Source of the DNA: Epiperipatus broadwayi
Lineage: Eukaryota; Animalia; Onychophora
Assembly (NCBI GenBank): GCA_028023455.1
Contig: JAQFVV010000004.1
Location: 23,312,001 to 23,376,000, forward strand
Length of the DNA stretch: 64,000 nt
Reading direction: 5' to 3'
The notes under the pieces are model-generated. The model saw only the letters and a list, made by a program, of their open reading frames with translations, did not search any database and was not told the DNA's origin. The first letter of the stretch is position 1. Each line of letters begins with the position of its first letter. Shown here piece by piece: positions 53,089 to 64,000 of this stretch. Both the position numbers and the translations under genes were made by a program.

Positions 53089-53851
53089 ATTAATGATAAG
53101 TAAAATATTTTATGAAACAGTATCACTGTTTTCTAAATATATTATAGAAATTAAATTATTTTGTGGAAGATATGAGCAATTTTATATAAAAAATATTTTC
53201 CTCAAAATAAATTAAAAAACTTTAAAATACACATCATGTTTTTTGTACTTTATAGGTCCAAGAGTATATTGATGTGAGACTACAAATGAAAACGATCAAT
53301 ATTAATAATAAATAGAAAATAAACAACCACATTATGAAATATAATATAAATAAATATATTGACTTTTAGTGTGGAGATATTAACATAAAATATCTTATCT
53401 TATTATAAAATAAAGAAAGTAAAAAGTTTAAAATAATAGCAAAAAAAGTATAACCAAATGCTAAGAAAGTTGAAGAAAAAAGATAGTAAGAAAAGAATAG
53501 TAAAAGGAAAAAACACACAAAAAAGTTCTTTTTCATAAGCAAAGGTTAATCAAAATAATATGAAAATCTGTGAATTCAATTTAATATTATTAAATATTTA
53601 AACTTTATACAGTGAATAATATGAAGATATTTTATCAGAGAATAAATAAAATAATTTAAGAAACCAAATATATTTTCAATGCATTAGCAATAACATTTAA
53701 AATATTAAATTTTTTACTTATTTGAATACTAATGGTTCTCTGATTGAACATACATTCACATATGTATATATAAAGATTAGCATATCTGCTTGCCATATCT
53801 ATGACTTAGGGTTTGATTGCAGGCAAAGCAAAACTTATTTTATATAATTAC

Positions 53852-53968
53852 CCAAGTCAAATGTTGATGTTCGCCAAATGATGTGCGGGGATTATAGGAA
53901 GCTACTACTCCCAATGGTTCCACATGTACAAACTTGTAATCTTCTGAAGAAGCTAAAATCAGCAGAAC
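53852..53968 (-). CDS. Mcr: Mcr exon: VLLILASSEDYKFVHVEPLGVVASYNPRTSFGEHQHLTW
   Basis: TTTAG acceptor, TGG|GTAATT donor, 117 nt, phase 0-0. DYKFVHVE..G.V.SYNPRTSFGEHQ is Mcr-diagnostic. Not in the ORF track. Confidence 0.92.
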
Positions 53969-54080
53969 CTAAATATAATAATAATAGTAAAAGACTAATG
54001 TATAAAACTAAATTATTAATATTTATGAACATAACGATATCTTGTAAAGTTGTGATTATTTATTAAGCGCATAGGAAGTA

Positions 54081-54287
54081 TATAAATACTTTACAGAAAG
54101 GCTTTAACCATTATCATATGCACCTTGAATGTTTATAATAGTTAAATGATGTCTTTTTTTTGACTATAGATGTTTGAGAGATTCCTCTATAGTCAGAAAA
54201 AAAACAAGAACTCGACATCGTTTGACTATTATAAACATTCAAGGTGCATATGATTAAAGGTTAAAGCCTTTCTCTAAAGTATTTATA
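54081..54287. mobile_element. MITE-like fold-back (arms about 73 bp, TA-ended)
   Basis: tataaatactt...aagtatttata arms with few mismatches. Inner hairpin tgactataga/tctatagtca. Confidence 0.75.
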
Positions 54288-54974
54288 ATGATATCTTATA
54301 ATGAAGATGCTAAACATTTTTTGAGGGTATCAGTTATAAAGTAAATATTTTTCACAAAATCTCAAATTTAGATATAGTTGCACCCTATACATATGTATTT
54401 TTTGAATTGTTAAATTTTAATTAATAAACCAACAACAATATCTTCTTTAGTGCTATTTATAATAAGCCTGTGTAAGCATTGTGAGAACAGTGACTATCTG
54501 ATACTAGTGCATTTAAGATATCCATTCCCACACATATTGCATTTAATAATAAGTTTTAACTCCATCTTACTTTTCAAGCTAAAATCATGAGATTCAAAAA
54601 ATTCCAAAGTTTGAACCCAAGTCAATCTACCAAACAGTTATACAGATCAGTTTCCATATCAGTAACTATATATTTTAGCAACTTCAGTTCTTTATTAATT
54701 ATAGTTGCCTTCTTTCCCTTGATTAGTTACATCTATTTTAACATTTAGTTCTCATTACAATAAAATTAAATCATTCTATACCAGCATTAATTGTATCTAT
54801 TCAACTATCTTTCGTATTTTGCTAATAATCTAAATATTTCAAATAACTCAAGATTTTGAACCAAAGTCTTTTACTTTTCAAATTGTATAAAATCCAGAAT
54901 AGTAAAAATATTGATAATATCTCATTATAAATGAAGATTTTTTTTTGATATAATAATATATCAAATCACCAGAA

Positions 54975-57680
54975 ATATCAACATCATCATCATTGCCAAT
55001 CATTATCAATCCACTTCAGAATCAAGGTTTCTCCAAGTTTAATCCATCTTCTCTGATCTCTAGCCGCTCTTCTCCACATCACCCCTGAACACTTCCTTAT
55101 TTCATCCATCCATCTCACATGTGGTCTGTTTCTGGGTCTTTTAAAATCTCTTGAAATATAGTTTAAAACTTCAACTCTTCATCTATTATCATCTAAAAAT
55201 ATGTCCAGCCCAACTCCACTTCAGTCTCTTAATTCTTTCAATGATGTCAGTAACATTTGTTTATTCTCTTACCCATGTATTGCATTTTCAATCTCTTCTT
55301 GTTACTCCTAACATGCATCTCTCCATACTTCTTTGAGTGGTCTGAAGTCTCTGTATTGCTCTTCTGTTAAGTGTCCAAGTTTCAGATCCATAAGTAAGAA
55401 CTGGTAAAACACATTTATTAAAAACCTTCCTTTTCAAACACATAGGCATATTTCCTTTTAATATTAAGTTATTTCTACCAAAAGCACTCCAACCAAGTTT
55501 AATTCTATGATTAATTTCATCCATTATGTTTCCATCTGTAGTAATAATCTGACCAAGGTATTTGTAGTTGTTAACTTCTTCTAACTCATCATTATCAATC
55601 TTTATTTTCATCTTTTGAGAAAATCCATTGAACATTACTTTAGTCTTTTTAACATTTACCTTTAGTCCTACTTTCTTACTTTCATCTGATAACTCTTGCA
55701 ACATTTCCTGAAGCTCTGAAGCATTATTTGCAAAAACAACTACATCATCTGCAAAATCTAAATGACTTAAATAATCTCCATTTACTTTTATTCCTTTAGC
55801 TTCCCATTTTAATCCACAAAATACTTCTTGCAGCACTGCTGTAAAAAGTTTTGGAGATATGGAGTCACCCTGTCTTACATCCTTCTCAATGTTAACCTTC
55901 CTAGTATCATTATGTAATCTAATTGTTGCTGTTGCATTTTTATAAATATTCTTCAGAATATGACAATATCCTGGGTCTATACCTTGATGATCCAATGCTT
56001 TAATCACTGAAGAAATGCTTATAGAATCAAATGCCTTTTCATAATCTACAAATCCAAAGCATAATGGCAACTCATATTCATTGGTCCTTTCTATAACTTC
56101 TCTCAATACTTGGATATGATCTACTGTACTAAAACCACTTTTAAATCCAGCTTGTTCTTTTGGTTGGTTGAAATCCAAAGTTCTCTGTAGATGAGTTGTA
56201 ATTATCTTGGTAAAAATTTTGTATAAAACTGATAAAAGACTGATAGGTCTGTAATTTCTAATATCTTCTTTATCACCTTTTTAAAATATTAATACTGCAT
56301 TCTTCCAATCATCTGGTACATCTTTATCATTTAGACATTTGGTATATAATTTTGCCAAAAAATTTTCTATTTCTTCATCTGCTTCTTTTAAGATATTGAT
56401 TATAATTCCATCATTACCTGGAGCTTTTCCCTTCTTCATAAATTTAATTGCATGTCTCACTTCTTCATTTAAAATCCTGGACAATTCAGAAGATATAATA
56501 GTTGTAGGAGGTACTTGTTCTTTCTTACTATATAATTCTTGATAGAAGTCTTCTACCCATTTCATGATGTCATCTCTTTTTAGTAATAGTTCTATCTTTT
56601 TTTTTTCTTATTGCAGATATAAGTTTCCTACCAATACCAAAATGTTGTTTTACACTCTTGAGACTTTTATTCTCTTCTATAGCTTTCCTTGCTAGTTCAC
56701 AATTATATTTTCTTATATCATTATCAACTCTTTTTTACACCATTTTACAAAATTCGAGATATTCAATTCTTCTTAATGCATCATTTTTATATATTTTCAT
56801 ATTCCTTCTTTTCTTCATAAATTCTCTAGTCTCAGTAGAAATTTTATTGGTCAATTGCTGCTTTTTTTACCAGCTATCTTTGTTGCAGTTTTTAAAAGTG
56901 TATCAGTTATTTTCCTATTAATTTCATACAAATATGAATCATGTTCAAAATCTGCTAATATTTGAATACGATTTGCAAGTTCTAATTTAAATTCATTAGA
57001 ATGTTTCTGAAGATTAGGAATATCAACTGTAAATATTGTTTTTCTTAATAATTTTTGTCTCTCTAGTTTTGCATTAACATGTATCTTACATCTCACTAAT
57101 CGATGATCACTTTCTGTGTTAAATTTATTAAGAACATTACAATCTTGAAATATTATTTTCTTTTAGTCAAAATATAATCCAATTCTGCTGTACCTTCATT
57201 TGGATGCTTCCATGTCCATTTCCTTTTAACATTTTTCTCAAAAAAAGAATTCATAATATAAAGTTTTTCTTTTTCTGCAAACTCCACAACTCTATGTCCT
57301 CTCTCATTTCTATTACCATAACCAAATTTACTTATAGCACTTGCATCTTTTAATTGTTTATCAACTTTAGCATTAAAGTCTCCTATAACAATTTTAAAAT
57401 ATTGTTTGGTCTGATCAAAAGCCTTTTGTACATCCATATAAAAATTCTCTATTACTTCATCATTATGAGGATTGGTTGGGACATAAATATGAATTATCTG
57501 CATTTGTTAGCTGCTATTAAGTTGTATAACAAATCTTGCCACTCTGTCTGATATACCATTAATCTCCACAATGCTGTTCTTCCATTTTTTTTATTTATAA
57601 CGAATCCTATTATAATCACTTTTAAATTCAATATTTGTGCATTTGTAGTAGAGTATATGTCCACTACCAGGAGTATATCA
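54975..57680 (-). mobile_element. RTE-clade non-LTR retrotransposon, 5'-truncated and frameshifted; best-preserved copy in the window
   Basis: EN: IYVPTN, IGDFNAKV, TW.HPN...LDYIL. RT: QAGFKSGFSTVDHI, VRQGDSISPKLF, LDFADD, YKYLG. (GAT)n-like 3' tail near 54975-54995. Confidence 0.92.
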
Positions 57681-57984
57681 TTGACTAAATATTATTTATG
57701 CAGATATTGTCAGCATAGACTTAAATTTTATGGTTGTACATTTTACAATCATATTTGGAGTTAATAAATATAAAAATTTCAAAATTCATTTATAAATAAT
57801 CAAACTAATTGTCATTAGTAATATATATATATATGAAAAACAAAACAAGTTTTATATATGTAAAAACCTGCTATCGCTTGTATTAATGATCAATAGATGG
57901 AGCTTTACCAAGACCTCCAAACAAGCGTATTTGTTTACATAAACGTCAGAGTCAATATTCACTGTCTCTTTCATTTTGCTCCAC

Positions 57985-58029
57985 CCTCAGATCAGCTCAT
58001 TTCAAGCTGATTTTCTCTCATCAGTGAAG
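57985..58029 (-). ncRNA. Type I hammerhead motif, intact core
   Basis: CTTCA CTGATGA GAG-AAAATCAG-CTT GAAA TGAGCTG ATC TGAGG. Helix I is CUUCA/UGAGG and the cleavage triplet is AUC. Confidence 0.6.
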
Positions 58030-58454
58030 GGATAGGAGTTAGAAACTAGACCTAAATATTAACTTCAAGCGTTTATGCAAAACGTTTCTATCAGTTTGCA
58101 AGCATGAATTTTTTAGACACCTAAATGTCTTCAAACTCAGCCTATCAAACTAGATAGCTATGTGGGTCTGATATCAGTTCAGTTTCTCCACATAATCAAA
58201 GCTTCTGCAATCTATATCATTGCAAGAAAACTTTATATATATATAATGTTTTGAATTAACATCATGATCATCATTTTCTATGATTACACAGTGATTAAAC
58301 AGAAAACTTTCATATCTTTTCTCCATAGAAAATCTTGTTTTAACATATGCTTAAATACCTAGATTTACATTAAGCAGTATTTTAATGAAAAATTAAAAGT
58401 TATTGTTCAAAATATTAATTATATTATTCAAAATATTTACATTAATACACATAC

Positions 58455-58665
58455 TGTATTCCAATAAAATATCACCTGACTCCATTATATGACTTTAGGT
58501 TACATATTACTGTTATAGTAACATAATTTTCACCATTTCTATGCCACTTTCTCTAAGATTTAGTAAATAACTAGAAAAGATATAGAAAAAAGTATGATGG
58601 TATAATAGCAATATGTAAGTTAAAATCAGGTGATGGAATTAAGTGATATTTTATTGATTCATACT
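58455..58665. repeat. Degenerate fold-back repeat
   Basis: caataaaatatcac...tacatattactgttata pairs with tataatagcaatatgta...gtgatattttattg. Confidence 0.6.
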
Positions 58666-58909
58666 AAATTCTGGCCACAAGATGAAAGTATTCATAGTTA
58701 TTAAAAAACTAAAGATACCTTAATATATAGAAACTGAACTGGTTTCAGACCTATATGACTATGAAAGCAAGTTTGTTTAAATTGAAAACATTTATATGTT
58801 TCTTAATTTGGGCTGATAACTTGATAGTATAACTGAGATATGATAGGTGCTGGAAGGGGGGTGCATTAGATTATGAAGGTTAAGGTCCACTGGTCAAAGA
58901 TCCAAAGCT

Positions 58910-58950
58910 CTTCACTGATGAAAGCCATAAGCTTGAAACTAATCTGACAG
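58910..58950 (+). ncRNA. Hammerhead motif, intact core and perfect stem II
   Basis: CTTCA CTGATGA AAGC-CATAA-GCTT GAAAC TA ATC TGA. Confidence 0.6.
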
Positions 58951-59185
58951 TATTGGATAGGACACCACACAATTGAGATTTAATAATCTCTATTATCTGG
59001 CATCTATTATTACTTATTAAAACTTACAGTGAGTGACATGGAGATGGGAAAATTATGTTGCCAAGTATTGTTTAATTTCATAATAAACTAAATATCAAAA
59101 ATATTAAGTTGCAATTCCTGTATTAACATTTATTAATACTGCAAAGCCCCCTCCCCAGTATTATTTTTGTAATCACTTAAATATA

Positions 59186-59572
59186 TAGCTGTATTTTTAT
59201 ATTGGACTATTTCCATCATCTAATAAGTGTGTTGAATGTCTTTTAGAAAAGTTTAATTTTTTAGTTAAATATTCCAAATGCATTCAACTGTTAGTAATAT
59301 CACAGCAAACAGGTTAGTATATGCACTAACTGTTAGTAATCAGGTGTGATATTACTAACAATTAGTGCATATACTAACCTTTTTGCTGTGATATTACTAA
59401 CATTTGTTTGCTGTAATATTACTAACAGTCGGTGCATATACTAACCTGTTTGCTGTGATATTACTAACAGTTGAATGCATTTGGAATATTTAACTAAAAA
59501 ATTAAACTTTTCTAAAAGACATTTAACACACTTATTAGATGATGGAAATAGTCCAATATAAAAATACAGCTA
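59186..59572. repeat. Near-perfect palindrome of LTR-like arms with a 42-nt internal subrepeat
   Basis: Outer arms of about 150 bp are almost exact reverse complements. Subrepeat is tgttagtaatatcacagcaaacaggttagtatatgcactaac. Confidence 0.9.
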
Positions 59573-61343
59573 GAACACCATCATCACAAACCTTCAGAAA
59601 AACACTTAAATATATAGTTTTAAAATTTTTGTTATCTTTAAAATAGTGAATTTCATTTAGTTTGGAGAATTAGTTTCATTCTATTTTCATTTTAAAAAGT
59701 TTATGTTATATAATAAAGTAACTACTTATAAAAGTATAACTAATTAAATAAAAAATTAACATTGGAAAATACATTTTTCTATCAAAACAAAAGTTCTCTT
59801 AAATTTTATTATGATTTTATTTTAATTCTGGCATGACCATAGCTATTTTTTTTTTTTTTTTTTAGGAATTTTTTAATTTTATTTTGTAAATGAAAGTTAT
59901 GGGATAATATTAATGAAAATAATTAACTTGGTTGTAAATATGCAATGAACAATATACTCTAGATTAACATTAGAGTTATCATAAATAAAAAGATTATTAT
60001 GTATAAATATTTATGTAATTATTTATAACTCTGATTATCTTTCTTTTTTTTCTTTTTAAAGAATTGGTTACTAATATATATAAATCTGTACAATTTCTTT
60101 ATTTGCCCCCTTTCTAAAACACATTGAATTCTTTTTATTATTATCATAATTTATTAAATTATTTCATATTTGTGTAATATGTGTCATAATAATTCATAAT
60201 CTTTAAAAAAAATAAAAATTAGAAGATACTATAAATCTGTTTTAGACTTTCAGATGCTTTTGAAAACTAAGCTTTTTGTTCTTGTTAAATGATACATAAG
60301 ATAGTACCTGTTTTAATTAATATATTTTAAGATCCTATTGATTGCGCCATGTTTTGATCTCAATTTCTCTTGAGTATGACTAGCAATATGATATCTAAAT
60401 TATTTTCCTTCTCAGAAAAGTAAATAACTCCACTGCAGATCAATTGTATAACTAATTTTAATACAGAACAATATAGTTCTAATAATATAGATATGTATAT
60501 AGATATACAATATACATAGAATACAATATGAATACATATAAATGCAATCTCACACTAGAAACTTCTTTTGACACTTTCCGGGAAATATTAGTCCCTTGCC
60601 TAATCATACACTTAAGACTGAAATAAAGTCACTATTTACCTAATTTTCTGTCAAATGTCTTTACTTCTGTGAGCCCTTGAAGTGCATATAAATTATAATA
60701 AAATCAGGGCAATCTGTTTGATCCCTAGTCAGCTTGAATACCCTCAGGAGCAAAATCCTGTTTGGAAACAAATCTCTGCTGGTTTCTTCTGCTGTTTCAC
60801 ATAAATGTGCAACCCAGTTGTGTAAACACATGAGGGAGGAAAAAAAGAACATTGCTTTCTTTTTTCCCCTGCTTAAATAGCTTTCATTCTCTTTTGTTTT
60901 CTGGAGTAATCTATCGGTTTTATTTTTATTCAGGTGGAAGGTTTTTTTAATACATTAGATCCTTCTACTATTGACAATTGAATTCCAACATAACAATATT
61001 TTATTAAATCATTATTACCATTATTGTGAATATGTTAATAAAATTTTATTAAATCATACTTGACTTGTTTTTTTCACTAAACACAATACTCCTACATCTA
61101 TTATATTTCCTATCTTCCATATTAATAATAAAAAAAAAAGGCTATTCATAGCTCTTACTTTCTCATAGAAAATTTTGTTAAAGTTATTAACATAAATTTT
61201 CAAAAAAAAAAAGCCATTAATTTAGGTATTAAAAAGAAATCAAATAGTTTTATCATTTGAGACTTCGCAAGTTGAAGTGCAGAAATAAAAATTCTAAGCA
61301 TGATCAACGGACATTAAATTCCACCTAACAAACCCCATCATGA

Positions 61344-61506
61344 ATTGCTTGGAAGTTCATAAAAAGTTCAAGTGCTGAAAAATATTCTAGTCTTGATCTG
61401 TGGAAATTAAGTTCTAGCGTCTATCATCTTGGAACTTAATTATCACAGATCATGCCAACAATCTGTCATTTCCAGCACCCAAACTTCTTATGAATTCCTG
61501 AGCAAT
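61344..61506. repeat. MITE-like hairpin; related arm at about 63258
   Basis: attgcttggaagttcataaaaagttc pairs with aacttcttatgaattcctgagcaat. Inner stem gatctgtggaaattaagttc/gaacttaattatcacagatc. Confidence 0.7.
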
Positions 61507-61958
61507 AAAACCATATGATTATTTTTTATTTATTTAAGTATTTATGCATTAATGAAATATTCTGTTTTTTCATTTTTGTTGATACTCTTAATAATTATCT
61601 TTTACTAATACATATTGTAATACATAATGACTAATGCGTAAGATTATTCTAACTATTCTCATTTTCTTTGGTATTTTAATGTTCAATCCTTTTAAATTTT
61701 TTTTTCTTATTTAAAATTTATGATATTTCACTTGCATATTTTATATTTGTTCAATAATATCAATTTTTGTCTCTATTGAAGTATTCCAGTAGTTAAATCA
61801 ATAAGGTGTGCTTTCAGTTTGAAGCAGGAGTTTGTAGATTCTACAGTTCTATTTTTAAACAAAATATGAAAATAAAATAAATGAAAATAATTAAAATTGT
61901 AAGTAAGATTAGAATAAAAATTATTCAATCCTTCAAAAAAAAAAGGAGAAAAACTTAC

Positions 61959-62072
61959 TTCAATTTCAAATGGCTGGTTGTTGAAGACACCTACACGAAT
62001 ACCAATCTGTTCACCCATTGATACATAATCTGGCATTTCAACTGTTATGTAGAATGGTCTAGAAGATGCCAA
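61959..62072 (-). CDS. Mcr: Mcr/TEP exon: LASSRPFYITVEMPDYVSMGEQIGIRVGVFNNQPFEIE
   Basis: CATCTAG acceptor, GAA|GTAAGT donor, 114 nt, phase 0-0. Classic TEP PF.I.VEMP....GEQ.GIRV.VFN motif. Confidence 0.93.
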
Positions 62073-62164
62073 CTAGATGAAATTAAATATGATAAATAAT
62101 AAAATATGTAAAGATAATATAATTTAAAAATTATAATATTAAATTAAAAAAAAAATCAACTTAC

Positions 62165-62282
62165 TCTCTGTGCATTTGCAAGTAAACCAAATCCTTTGGT
62201 GATACTCATACTAAAAGCATTAACAACATATTGCGCTGGTCTTTCAGGAACATCAGCAGTAAAAATAAAATGACCTTCAGGG
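62165..62282 (-). CDS. Mcr: Mcr/TEP exon (first in window): (x)PEGHFIFTADVPERPAQYVVNAFSMSITKGFGLLANAQR
   Basis: TTTTTAG acceptor, GTAAGT donor, 118 nt ending in phase 0. Matches the A2M/MG6 segment of Mcr proteins (P.G..IF...VPERPA...V.AFS.S..KGFG). Absent from the ORF track. Confidence 0.9.
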
Positions 62283-62539
62283 CTAAAAATAATCAAAAAT
62301 TAACTTATAATAATAATGTTATCTGATAAATTTGAATAATCTTGATAAATAACTTTACTCCAGATTTTCTGTTTGTTTTCCCTAGTAAAAAAGATGTTTT
62401 GGAGAATTATAAAGTGTAAAATCAAGGAGCTACTATTAAAAATAAAGGTAGTTTATAATTAAATTAATGATAGAAGTTAATACAAAGTAATGTTGAATAT
62501 TATTCATTCTAAATAATGATGAATAAAAGTACCTTTCAA

Positions 62540-62900
62540 CGAACATAACAAAAAAGTTGTAACCACAGAGGCCATCAACTTCAATGTTGTGAAGGTTTTT
62601 AAGATTTTCATTCCTTGCTTTAAGATCTAACTAAAATATCTTAATACTGATTTTCTAAAACGAATATTTGGATAATAAATTGAAGCCCTTTTAGCAATTT
62701 TTCAGATGTTATAAAAGTTTCAGTTTCCTCAAATATTCTACTCCCTTTTATGTCATGAATATGGTAGGTGGATGAATAAACAATTGCCCTAATAAGTATT
62801 TTCAATACATAGGAGATCTGGCAATTGATCAGTAAATTATGAAGTTTAATAGAGTAGATACATGTGATTTAGACATTTGCTAATGGAATCAAAAATTTTG
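62540..62900 (-). mobile_element. Tc1/mariner C-terminal remnant
   Basis: Degenerate ARSPDL..I motif followed by VY..P.T-type spacing. Confidence 0.4.
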
Positions 62901-64000
62901 TTTTATTTTAACATGTTTTTAAAATAACAAACTTAAAAGATTTTTTAAGATGTTTTCTTATTTGAGGACTAATGGTTATCTTTTTAGTTGTTAAAAACAA
63001 AACCAATGAAGCTGTTCACAGTTCCATAAATTGTTTCACTAGCTTTATTCATGAATTTTAAAGTAAGATTCATTAATCCTCATTATCTATTAAATTTCAA
63101 TAAAGTTGTAAATGCAGTATAATTTATTCTTGATAATTATGCTTTCTCAAAGTTATTGGATTCTATAAACCAATGAATTATTTTTGAACAGCTTTTATAT
63201 ATATGAAAGACAAATTATCTCACTGTATTTAATAGAAAGTAATCAAATGGTTTATTGTTTGGGAGTTCATAAAAAGTTTTAGCACCTGAAGTGATAGATG
63301 TGGGTCATGATCCAACGAGTTTGAACTCCAACATCTACCATTCACCAATGCAGCAAATGAAATAGGGTGCAGTATTTAATGATTAATATAATATTGATCT
63401 GAACTTATACTTTCTTCAACTGACTAATTTACACATGTTTAAATAATTCCAGTGAAATAATGACTTTATAGAGTAGTTTTAATTTATTTAATTGCCATAT
63501 GTGGTTTGAATGTAGATAAAAATTTGTCAAGATAAGTATCTTTCAAGAGATCTTAAGATGTTTTCAAATATTTGATTATAAATTAATTCATCTAATCAAA
63601 CGAACCAACTAACTTGGGAGTAATATCTTATCTATCATTATTCTTCCATGAAAAGATATTGACAGTGATTTTACTGCAGTGAACTTTTAAAATATTACCC
63701 TTTTTTGAGATTAATAATCACATATCCATGCCATCTCTATAATTATTTAGATTTTTATTTTATGTATAACTTTTTTTTTTACTATTCACAATTACAGAGA
63801 AAAAGTACTGTAAATTAATAAATGTTGTTTATAGTACAGATACTTTGATAAGTTTAAAAAAGATCATGCCATTGTACTTCAAAAATTTTTACTTCTTTCA
63901 CAGTAAGTATATAGGATTTGAAAAAAATATCAGAACCACTTGTAATATAGTTTTTATTAATAGATGTAAAAGCAAAAACAGTTTATTCTTGCATCAAAAA

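Noticed and set aside
59290-59470. Regularly spaced short repeats resembling a CRISPR array
   Set aside because: Eukaryotic context, no unique spacers; these are 42-nt subrepeats of a palindromic element.
60661-60852. Less AT-rich patch with a 63-aa minus-strand ORF in the 61959-53968 intron
   Set aside because: No phase 0-0 acceptor/donor pair giving an open frame and no recognisable motif.
62533-62595. Phase-2 donor upstream of the first Mcr exon (…FVMFVE|GTACTT)
   Set aside because: Peptide does not resemble the expected W.W.D.NIG segment and lies in a Tc1-like remnant. The preceding exon is probably beyond 64000.

Overview
AT-rich eukaryotic genomic DNA, probably from an arachnid; the embedded mitochondrial fossil is T/G-rich on its coding strand, as in buthid scorpions and spiders (inference). 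The whole window lies inside one minus-strand gene for a thioester-containing protein of the macroglobulin complement-related family (Mcr/TEP6). I reconstructed 10 constitutive GT-AG exons whose phases join in frame (62282 down to 573), covering the MG/CUB region and most of the thioester domain, with an intact GCGEQ motif. The gene continues beyond both edges. The most unusual structure is a cluster of three related exons (46278, 41033, 37578) where one 79-nt exon is expected. They can be spliced in several in-frame combinations that change the loop about 55-60 residues after the thioester Cys, one of them adding about 52 novel residues. The introns are full of decayed elements: a Buster-type hAT, Ty3/gypsy gag-protease, several RTE and other LINEs, and Penelope-like remnants with at least 8 minimal hammerhead-ribozyme motifs. 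There are also many fold-back repeats and an atp8-atp6-cox3 NUMT in a four-level nested insertion. Exon boundaries were read base by base; most TE boundaries are approximate. No database searches were run.
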